64,000 nucleotides of DNA from Gaiellaceae bacterium (GTDB lineage Bacteria; Actinomycetota; Thermoleophilia; Gaiellales; Gaiellaceae). Positions 18,274 through 25,183 of the stretch are shown here, one piece after another. Where the stretch lies: NCBI GenBank assembly GCA_035713675.1, contig DASSZE010000071.1, forward strand, positions 20,463 to 84,462, in the 5' to 3' direction. A program made the translations under genes and the position numbers. Positions within the stretch are counted from its first letter, which is position 1. Each line of letters starts with the position of its first letter. The notes under the pieces were generated by a model that was given only the letters and a program-made list of their open reading frames with translations, had not been told where the DNA came from and made no database searches.

Positions 18274-18738
18274 CTACCGGGTCGCAGCGCCGGTGGCGAC
18301 CGCGAGCCGGTGATCCGTGCGCTTCCGTGTCATCGGCGGAGCCACGGCCACGGGGATGGGTGTGGTGGCCTCGAGCTCACGCGCGAGCGTCGAGCGGAGC
18401 TTCCGGCTTCCGAGCCCGGCCGGCCGTGAGCCGATCACGACCAGGTCGGCACCTTCTTCGGCCGCGACCTGCGCGAGAGCGTCCGCCGGCCTTCCGAGGA
18501 GGACCCGCTGCTCGGTTCCGTTTCCGATCTCGCGTGCGAGCTCGGCGAGGATCTGCTCGGCTCGAGCCTGCCTCTGCCTGGCGCTCAGGCTCTCATCGGT
18601 GCCGGGCGGCACGCCGTCGACGGCGTGCACGAGCACGAGCCGTAGCCCGAGGCGCGACCCGAGCGCAGCGGCGAGCTCCGCAGCACTTCGCCCATCCGGG
18701 GTGTCTGTGACCCCACAGACAACGGTTCCTCTCGTCAT
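18274..18738 (-). CDS. universal stress protein
   Basis: 154 aa from ATG 18738 (SD GGAGGAGGAACG), with ..ADLVVIGSRPAGLGSRKLRSTLAREL... Ends 26 nt upstream of the kinase gene. Confidence 0.85.
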   Translation of the reverse strand: MTRGTVVCGVTDTPDGRSAAELAAALGSRLGLRLVLVHAVDGVPPGTDESLSARQRQARAEQILAELAREIGNGTEQRVLLGRPADALAQVAAEEGADLVVIGSRPAGLGSRKLRSTLARELEATTPIPVAVAPPMTRKRTDHRLAVATGAATR

Positions 18739-18886
18739 CGTTCCTCCTCCGGATCGTAGGTCGTTCACGATCCACAGCGTGACCGCCGTTCGCTCGGGGC
18801 GCGATGGGGCGCGGCCCCCATTTGCGGGTCGGGAGCTCGCCAGTCGATCTGCGCTCGAAAGCAGTGGGGAGGAGGGCGGTGGGCAG

Positions 18887-18917
18887 CCGGACGTACGCCC
18901 GACGCCGCCCGGACGTA
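18887..18917. promoter_or_regulatory. direct repeat CCGGACGTA x2 (22-nt period) in a divergent USP promoter region
   Basis: CCGGACGTA occurs at 18887-18895 and 18909-18917, about 25-55 nt upstream of the proposed USP start at 18942. Function is not established. Confidence 0.25.
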
Positions 18918-18941
18918 TCGTGGTGCTGGGCCCGCGCCGCG

Positions 18942-19430
18942 GTGCCCCAAGGGAACGACCAAGAGGAGAGGACGCTGGCGGAAGGACTGATCGTCGTCGG
19001 TGTGGACAGCTCCGAGGCCTCGCGAGAGGCGCTGCGCTGGGCGATCGACGAGGCGCGGCTCCGGGAGGCACGACTTCGTGTCGTGCACGCCTGGTGGGTC
19101 TATCCCATGGGCGCAGCGGACGATCCTCCCGATCGCGCCGAACGGCTTCTCGGCACCGATCCCGAGGTGGCGGTGATGGCGTTCGTCACGGAGACGTTCG
19201 GCGGGGAGGAGCCCGACGTGGACGTCGAGATCGTCCCGGCACAGGGCCGTCAAGCTTCGGCGGCGCTGATCGAGGCGGCGAAGGATGCCGATCTCCTCGT
19301 CGTCGGCTCGCGCGGGGCCGGCGGATTCACCGGTCTCCTGCTCGGGTCCGTCAGCGAGCAGGTCACGCACCACGCACGGTGCCCGGTCGTGATCGTGAAG
19401 CGTTCGGGCTCAGACACGAAACAGCCGTAG
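18942..19430 (+). CDS. universal stress protein
   Basis: ..IVVGVDSSEASREALRWA.. and ..ADLLVVGSRGAGGFTGLLLGSVSEQVTHHARCPVVIV... GTG 18942 was chosen; the track ATG 18804 adds an Arg-rich, unlikely extension. Start uncertain. Confidence 0.8.
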   Translation: MPQGNDQEERTLAEGLIVVGVDSSEASREALRWAIDEARLREARLRVVHAWWVYPMGAADDPPDRAERLLGTDPEVAVMAFVTETFGGEEPDVDVEIVPAQGRQASAALIEAAKDADLLVVGSRGAGGFTGLLLGSVSEQVTHHARCPVVIVKRSGSDTKQP

Positions 19431-21758
19431 CGCCGCGAGCATTCCTCCGATGCCCAGGCCTGCGCCGACGGCCCAGGCCGCAAGCTCCTCGCCCGTCGGC
19501 GTCGTGAGCTCATAGAAGTCGCGCAAGATCGGGATGACGAGCGCGAGCGCGAAGAGCAGTGCCATCACCGCGCAGAGGCCGGCGACGGCGAGCCGGCGTC
19601 GCCCGCTCCCGCCCTCGAGGCGCAGCACGACGGCGAGGCCGCAGGCGACGACGATCCCGGTGGCGACGGTGCGCGAGCGGGCCAGCTCGAGATCGAAGCC
19701 GTACCGGGCGAGCAGGTAGCCGCTGACGATCCCGCTGCCGATCGCACATCCGGCAGGCAACGCAAAGCGGGCCACCGACTGCAGAAGCCGGTCCGGCCGC
19801 CACGGTCCGGAGCTCGGCGCCAGGGCGAGCACGAAGGCGGGGATTCCGATGGTGACGGTCGAGGCGATCGTGAACTGGCGCGGAAGCAGCGGGTAGGTCG
19901 CGGTCGGCAGCGCGATCGCCAGTCCGACCACCGCGGTGAAGACCGATTTCGTCACGAACAGCTGTGCCACTCGCTGGATGTTGCGGAGGATCTGTCGGCC
20001 CTCGGCGACCATGCCCGGCACGACGGCGAAGTCGGAGCGCACGAGCACCAGGTCGGCGACCGAGCGCGCCATCTGGACTCCGGACCCCTGAGCGATTGCG
20101 AGCCGTGCCTCCTTCAGCGCCGGGACGTCGTTGACGCCGTCGCCGACCATCGCGACATAGCGCCCAGCCTCGCCGAGCGCGTCGACGACTGCGCGCTTTC
20201 CCTGCGGCGAGATCCGGCCGACCGCCGGGGCGGCCAGCACCGCCTCTCGCAATGCGGCCGGCTCGGACGGCAGCGCCTCGCCGTCGAGCGGGGCGGCGGT
20301 GCCGGGTACGCCCGCGTCGCGGGCAATTGCGCCCACGGTGGCGGGCGCGTCGCCCGAGAGCACCTTCAGGTCGACCTCCTCGGCGGCGAAGAAGGCGACG
20401 GTCTCCGCCGCGTTCGGGCGCAGCCGCTCGGCCAGGACGACGAGGCCGAGCGCCCGCACCTCGTCGGGGAACGGCGGCTCCGAACCAGCAGGCGGAAGCG
20501 GGGCCCGCGTCTCTCCCAACGCCAGGACTCGTCTTCCGGCGCTCGTCTCGGCCCGAGCGCGCTCGACCAGGGCCGGATCAGCGGCGGCGAAACGCTCCGG
20601 CGCGCCGAACACGAGCCGGATCTCACCGAGATCGAGCGCGCTCCAGCGTCGGCGCGAGGAGAACGGCACCTGCGCAGCCACGGGGCGGGCGTCGACCGCC
20701 GCCAGCTGCGCGTCGGCGATCGCCTGCAACGTCGCGTTCCGCGTAGGCGAACTGGCCGCATATCCGGCGAGCGCCCGCGCCAATGTCTGTTCGCTCACCC
20801 CCTCGGCCGGCAGGAGCCGGACGACGCGCAGGGTCGGCTCGGTGAGCGTCCCCGTCTTGTCGGTGCACACGACATCGACGGAGGCGAGGGACTCGACCGC
20901 GTTCAGCTGCTGAGCCAGCACACCTCGCTGGGCGACCTTGAACGCCGACACGGCCGCGGTGAGGCTGATGAGGAGGATCAGGCCCTCGGGCACCAGGTTG
21001 ACGACCCCTGCGGTCACCAGCTGCACTCGCTCCTGCACCCCGGTGACACGCGTCACTGCAGTGATCACGAGCGCTACGGCGACTGGGACCGCGGCCGCGA
21101 CCACGATCAGGAGGAGCTTGTCGTTGGCCCGCTCGAGCGGCGAGCGCGGGTGGCGAAAGGCGCGCGCCGTCGTCGCGAGCTGAGCCGCGCGACTCGCCGG
21201 TCCGACCGCTGTCGCCTCGAGCAGGCCCGTTCCCTCGACGACGAAGGAGCCCGACCAGAGCTCGCCGCCGCCGCCGCGCAGGACCGGCTCCGACTCGCCG
21301 GTCAGGTTCGACTCGTCCACGGCGAGGCCCTCCGCGCGTACGAGCGTTCCATCTGCGACGACCTGATCGCCCGCGGTCACTCGCAGCAGATCACCCGCGA
21401 CCACCTGTTCGACGGGGACGCGCCGGTCGGCGCCGTCGCGGATCACGATCGCTTCCGGGGCGACGAGCGCGGCGAGCCGATCGAGCGCCCGCTTGGAGCG
21501 GATCTCCTGGAACGAACCCGCCCCTACGTTCGCGAGAAGGATTCCGAGGAAGAGTGCGTCCTGCCATAGGCCGAACGCGAGCGTCAGAACACCGAACGCG
21601 AACAGAATCCCGTTGGGGATGTTCAGCGTGTTCGCTCGAAGGATGCTGGTGTACGAGCGGCTCGAGCGCTCCTTCGGCAGCGGCCCACGCTCCGCCAACC
21701 GCCGCGCTGCCTCGACCTGCGTCAGACCGCCGGGAGCGATCTCGGTCACGTCCGCCAT
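19410..21758 (-). CDS. cation-transporting P-type ATPase
   Basis: 782 aa with TGES, DKTGTLT and GDGVNDVPALK motifs and about 10 TM segments. Ion specificity cannot be read from the sequence. Confidence 0.92.
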   Translation of the reverse strand: MADVTEIAPGGLTQVEAARRLAERGPLPKERSSRSYTSILRANTLNIPNGILFAFGVLTLAFGLWQDALFLGILLANVGAGSFQEIRSKRALDRLAALVAPEAIVIRDGADRRVPVEQVVAGDLLRVTAGDQVVADGTLVRAEGLAVDESNLTGESEPVLRGGGGELWSGSFVVEGTGLLEATAVGPASRAAQLATTARAFRHPRSPLERANDKLLLIVVAAAVPVAVALVITAVTRVTGVQERVQLVTAGVVNLVPEGLILLISLTAAVSAFKVAQRGVLAQQLNAVESLASVDVVCTDKTGTLTEPTLRVVRLLPAEGVSEQTLARALAGYAASSPTRNATLQAIADAQLAAVDARPVAAQVPFSSRRRWSALDLGEIRLVFGAPERFAAADPALVERARAETSAGRRVLALGETRAPLPPAGSEPPFPDEVRALGLVVLAERLRPNAAETVAFFAAEEVDLKVLSGDAPATVGAIARDAGVPGTAAPLDGEALPSEPAALREAVLAAPAVGRISPQGKRAVVDALGEAGRYVAMVGDGVNDVPALKEARLAIAQGSGVQMARSVADLVLVRSDFAVVPGMVAEGRQILRNIQRVAQLFVTKSVFTAVVGLAIALPTATYPLLPRQFTIASTVTIGIPAFVLALAPSSGPWRPDRLLQSVARFALPAGCAIGSGIVSGYLLARYGFDLELARSRTVATGIVVACGLAVVLRLEGGSGRRRLAVAGLCAVMALLFALALVIPILRDFYELTTPTGEELAAWAVGAGLGIGGMLAALRLFRV

Positions 21759-21879
21759 CGGCTGACGCTACCCCGCCGGGGCCGAGAGCAGGTGCACCGT
21801 ATGCGTAAGCGGTCGCCGACGGTTGGGGCGAAGACCCGATAGCCGCCAGGGCGCCGCTCCGCGATGCTGTCCACGGTCG

Positions 21880-22092
21880 ATGAACGCGGACCTGCTCATC
21901 ACGCTTGCCTTCGCCGGGACGGTGCTTCTGGTCATGCTTCTGTCTCTCGCCGTCGTCGTGCCGCGGATGCGCCGACAAGACCCAGATCCCGACGCGGCGA
22001 GCGCGCGAACCGCGTCCGGTCCCGAGACTCCCACCCCGACGGCTACTCGGCGCCACATCGGGAAGAGCGAATCCGATGCCCCAGTTCACTGA
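21880..22092 (+). CDS. candidate 70-aa single-TM protein
   Basis: Internal ATG of track ORF 21823-22092. MNADLLITLAFAGTVLLVMLLSLAVVVPRMRR.. followed by a Pro/Thr/Asp-rich tail. No clear SD. Divergent from the P-type ATPase and ends at the USP start. Confidence 0.35.
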   Translation: MNADLLITLAFAGTVLLVMLLSLAVVVPRMRRQDPDPDAASARTASGPETPTPTATRRHIGKSESDAPVH

Positions 22093-22576
22093 GATGCGGC
22101 GGCCCGCCCTCTGGGACGAGGCGCAGCCCGGCACCGGGACGGCAGGGTCCGGCCGCTCGGCGGCCGCGCCCGTCTCGCCGCGCACGGTCGTGCTCGGCTA
22201 CGACGGATCCGAAGCCGCACGGTCCGCAGCCGCTCGGGCCGCCGAGGCGGCAGGCAGCGGCGGTCGCATCCTGGTGGTCACGGCGGTGCCGACGGCAGAC
22301 GCATCCGAGCTCGAGCCGGAAGGCGCTCTCGGCGGTGACCCCGAGCGCCTGCTCCAGGAGGCCGAGGCCTTGCTCGAGAGCGAAGAGACCGAGGTCGTGA
22401 CGCGTCTTGCCGAAGGCGATCCGGTCGAGGCGCTGGTCGCCGCCGCGTCCGAGACCGACGCGGATCTGGTCGTGGTCGGCGCGCGTGGCCACGACTTCGT
22501 CGCCCGCACTCTCCGCGGCTCGGTGGCCGAACGACTCGTGAGCCGCGCGCCGTGCCCCGTGCTCGTCGCCCGCTAG
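22076..22576 (+). CDS. universal stress protein
   Basis: ..VVLGYDGSEAARSA.. and ..ADLVVVGARGHDFVARTLRGSVAERLVSRAPCPVLV... ATG 22076 (GGGAAGAG upstream) or ATG 22094. Confidence 0.8.
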   Translation: MPQFTEMRRPALWDEAQPGTGTAGSGRSAAAPVSPRTVVLGYDGSEAARSAAARAAEAAGSGGRILVVTAVPTADASELEPEGALGGDPERLLQEAEALLESEETEVVTRLAEGDPVEALVAAASETDADLVVVGARGHDFVARTLRGSVAERLVSRAPCPVLVAR

Positions 22577-22701
22577 CCGGCCGGGGTCGGTCGCGTGCCC
22601 TGAGGTGGCTGCACAGCCCCAGATGGGGTCAGGAGCCCATGGCCGGCGGTCTCCCGTACCGGCACCATCGCCGGCGAGTCACCGAAGGAGGAGCTTTCCG
22701 T

Positions 22702-23280
22702 ATGGATGAGATCACGGCACTTCGCAACGTCGGCTCGAGCGGACGCGGACGGCGTGTTCAGCTCCTGGTCGCCGACGGTGATGCCCTCGCACGTTCGCGA
22801 CTTGCCTCATCCGTGCGCGGGGCCGTCGACGAGCTCGTGGTGCTCGAAGCCGAAGACGGTGCCGAGGCGATCCAACTCGGGCTGCAACGACGGCCCGACG
22901 TTGCGCTCCTCGACGTCGACATGCCGCGCGTGGGCGGCATCGAAGCTGCCATCACGCTGCGCGAGCTCGAACCACGAATGCGTATAGGCCTCCAGGCCGG
23001 GGAGCCGCTCGCCCATCGGGAGCGAGTCCACGAACACCGCCTCCCTCTCTTCGACAAGCTGGAGCTCGGGCGCAGGCTCGCCTGGCTCCAGGCCCAGGTG
23101 GATTGGTGTGTCGAGAAGCGCTCGGAGCTCGATGTGCCGAGGAAGCGCAGCTTCGTCTGCCGCGTCTGCGGCTACGGCGCCCTGCGTGCAGTGGCACCCG
23201 GCCACTGCCCCATGTGTCATGCCGAGAGCGAGTGGGTCGAGGCAGAGTGGCCGCCTCTCGGCGCTCTGGCGACCGGCTGA
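22702..23280 (+). CDS. response-regulator receiver domain fused to a rubredoxin-like Cys4 ribbon
   Basis: 192 aa from ATG 22702 (SD GAAGGAGGAG 8 nt upstream). Receiver (..LLVADGD.., ..VALLDVDMPRVGG..), then C-terminal CRVCGY...CPMC. Confidence 0.75.
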   Translation: MDEITALRNVGSSGRGRRVQLLVADGDALARSRLASSVRGAVDELVVLEAEDGAEAIQLGLQRRPDVALLDVDMPRVGGIEAAITLRELEPRMRIGLQAGEPLAHRERVHEHRLPLFDKLELGRRLAWLQAQVDWCVEKRSELDVPRKRSFVCRVCGYGALRAVAPGHCPMCHAESEWVEAEWPPLGALATG

Positions 23281-23301
23281 TGTATCCAGGAGGCTGGGCT
23301 T

Positions 23302-23541
23302 CTAGCCCGCAGCTTCGCGGGCGGCTGCGACGACCTGATCGAGCCACGGCCCGACCGCGAGATCCTCGGGCCCGTCGGCGCCGAACCGGCCGACGACCCA
23401 GCCGTCGACGCCGTAGGCCTCCATCGCCTCGGTCACCGGCATGACGTAGATCCCGCTGCCGCGCTCGCGCATCTCCATCAGGAGATCGCGGACGAGGGCG
23501 AACGTGCGCTCCTCTTCCGGCGTCGACCACAGCTCGTCCAT
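23302..23541 (-). CDS. hypothetical 79-aa acidic protein
   Basis: Internal ATG 23541, 10 nt downstream of the amidohydrolase stop. No recognisable family. Confidence 0.45.
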   Translation of the reverse strand: MDELWSTPEEERTFALVRDLLMEMRERGSGIYVMPVTEAMEAYGVDGWVVGRFGADGPEDLAVGPWLDQVVAAAREAAG

Positions 23542-23551
23542 GCCGGGCAAC

Positions 23552-24580
23552 CTAGCGTGGCGATCGGAAGACCTCGCCCGAGCAGCCGGCGACGAGAGCG
23601 CTCCGCCAGTCGTCGACTCCTGCGAGCTGGGGATGATCGACGTCGACCGAGGCGTCCGGCCACGTGCCGAGGCCCAGCGCTCTCGCCCCGCTCGCGGAGC
23701 CGATCTCCAGCAGCTCGTCCACCGAGAACACGTCGCGCCGGCCCGACTGGCGCCGCGCGATCCCGTCGAGCTCGCGCAGCTCCTCGAGGGGATCGATGCG
23801 GATGTTCGAGTCGGAGCCGATGCAGAGCTCGATGCCGCGGTGGAGCACGCGCTCGACCGGGAGGAAGCCGTCGGCGAGGTTCGCCTCGGTCGTCGGGCAC
23901 ACGCAGATGCGGGAGCCCGCAGCCGCGAGCAGGTCGAGCTCGTGCCCGTCCGCATGCGTCGCGTGCACGACGGTCGTCCCCGGCCCGAGGCAGCCGCAGG
24001 CGTCGAGGAGCTCGATCGGACGGAGCCCGTGCTCGGCCAGGCACTGCTCGATCTCGCGCGGCTGCTCGTCGGCGTGGACGTGGAGGGGCAGCTCGTGCTC
24101 GGCGGCGTAGGCGCCGAGCTCCTCGAGCCAATGCCGCGGGCAGGCGCGGACGGAGTGGGGGGCGACGCCGACCCGGACTCCCTCTGCGCGCAGCGTCTCG
24201 AGCTCCCGCAGATAGGCAGCGACGGACTCCCGCCGGAAGCGCTCGAGCCCGCCGCGCGCGTACGCGACCTGGAGCAGGACCAGCTCGATCCCCGCCTCGC
24301 CGGCCGCCTCCGCCGCGGCGCGCGCCTCGCCGAGCCCGAGGTAGTGGAACTCGCCGACGGCGGTGTACCCGGCCGCGAGCAGCTCGCGGTAGACGGCGAC
24401 GTACTCGCGCCGGACGCTCTCCGGGGTCTGCGCGCCGGCGAGCTCGAGCATCGTCTCGCGCCACGCCCAGAAATCGCCGCCCTCGGTCCGTCCGCGCAGG
24501 GCCCGCTGGAACGCGTGGCAGTGGGCGTTCACGAACCCGGCGATCCGAGGCGGCTCCGGCACGCCCGTATCCTTCCTCAC
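23552..24580 (-). CDS. metal-dependent amidohydrolase (formimidoylglutamate/guanine deaminase-like)
   Basis: ..[11 protein letters not shown].. (HxH), ..LHVHADEQ.., ..VVHATH.., ..IGSDSN... GTG 24580 was chosen because the upstream part of the track ORF is antisense to pgsA and Arg/Asp-rich. Start uncertain. Confidence 0.8.
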   Translation of the reverse strand: MRKDTGVPEPPRIAGFVNAHCHAFQRALRGRTEGGDFWAWRETMLELAGAQTPESVRREYVAVYRELLAAGYTAVGEFHYLGLGEARAAAEAAGEAGIELVLLQVAYARGGLERFRRESVAAYLRELETLRAEGVRVGVAPHSVRACPRHWLEELGAYAAEHELPLHVHADEQPREIEQCLAEHGLRPIELLDACGCLGPGTTVVHATHADGHELDLLAAAGSRICVCPTTEANLADGFLPVERVLHRGIELCIGSDSNIRIDPLEELRELDGIARRQSGRRDVFSVDELLEIGSASGARALGLGTWPDASVDVDHPQLAGVDDWRSALVAGCSGEVFRSPR

Positions 24581-24619
24581 GTGGAAGCTCCCAGCTCTTC
24601 CGGTCGGGATTCGCCGGCG

Positions 24620-25183
24620 TTGCCGGCGAATCTTCCAGGCACTGCCGCTCCGCAGCCGCTCGCGCAGATCCCGAACGCGCTGACGGTCGGGCGTCTGGCG
24701 CTGATCCCGATCTTCGTCGTGCTCATGGTGCAGGCGGGCCACGAGCCGAGCTGGCCGGCCGGAGTCGTGTTCGGCATCGCGGGGATCACCGACCAGGTCG
24801 ACGGATTCCTCGCACGCCGCTGGCACGTCGAGTCGCGCTTCGGGAAGATTGCCGATCCGCTCGCCGACCGGCTCATGATCGACGCGGCCGTGATCCTGCT
24901 CGTCGCCTACGACCGGCTGCCCTGGGCGGGTCTCGTGATCATCGTCGGCCGGGACGTCCTGCTGCTCGCGGGGGCGCGTTTCCTCAACCCGGACGGGATC
25001 GAGGTCGAAGTGAACACCGTCGGCAAGGCGGCGACCTGGATCCTCTACGCCGCGATCTTCTTCCGCATCGTCACGAGCCCGTCGACGCAGTGGCCGCTCG
25101 TGCTCTTCTGGGTCGGCCTGGGGCTCGCGCTCCTGGCCGGCGTGTTGTACGTGCGCACCGCGCGGAGAGAATGGCGCCGATGA
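24620..25183 (+). CDS. pgsA: CDP-diacylglycerol--glycerol-3-phosphate 3-phosphatidyltransferase
   Basis: ..[16 protein letters not shown].. and [29 protein letters not shown] (CDP-alcohol motif). There is no ATG, so TTG 24620 is proposed. Start uncertain. Confidence 0.85.
   Translation: MPANLPGTAAPQPLAQIPNALTVGRLALIPIFVVLMVQAGHEPSWPAGVVFGIAGITDQVDGFLARRWHVESRFGKIADPLADRLMIDAAVILLVAYDRLPWAGLVIIVGRDVLLLAGARFLNPDGIEVEVNTVGKAATWILYAAIFFRIVTSPSTQWPLVLFWVGLGLALLAGVLYVRTARREWRR

Noticed and set aside
14905-23300. Possible integrated genomic island at tRNA-Pro.
   Set aside because: I found no integrase, recombinase or phage genes. By eye there is no repeat of the tRNA 3' end downstream and no compositional break. 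The content is better explained as a chromosomal stress regulon.
23557-25179. N-terminal 540 residues of the 1380-aa plus-strand ORF. The upstream parts of ORFs 1478-4531, 39866-42241, 39806-42196, 51902-54448 and 45736-47001 are the same kind of case.
   Set aside because: Only the distal parts carry recognisable domains. The upstream parts overlap other well-supported genes and are Arg-rich. Internal starts with start/stop coupling or an SD explain the real genes.
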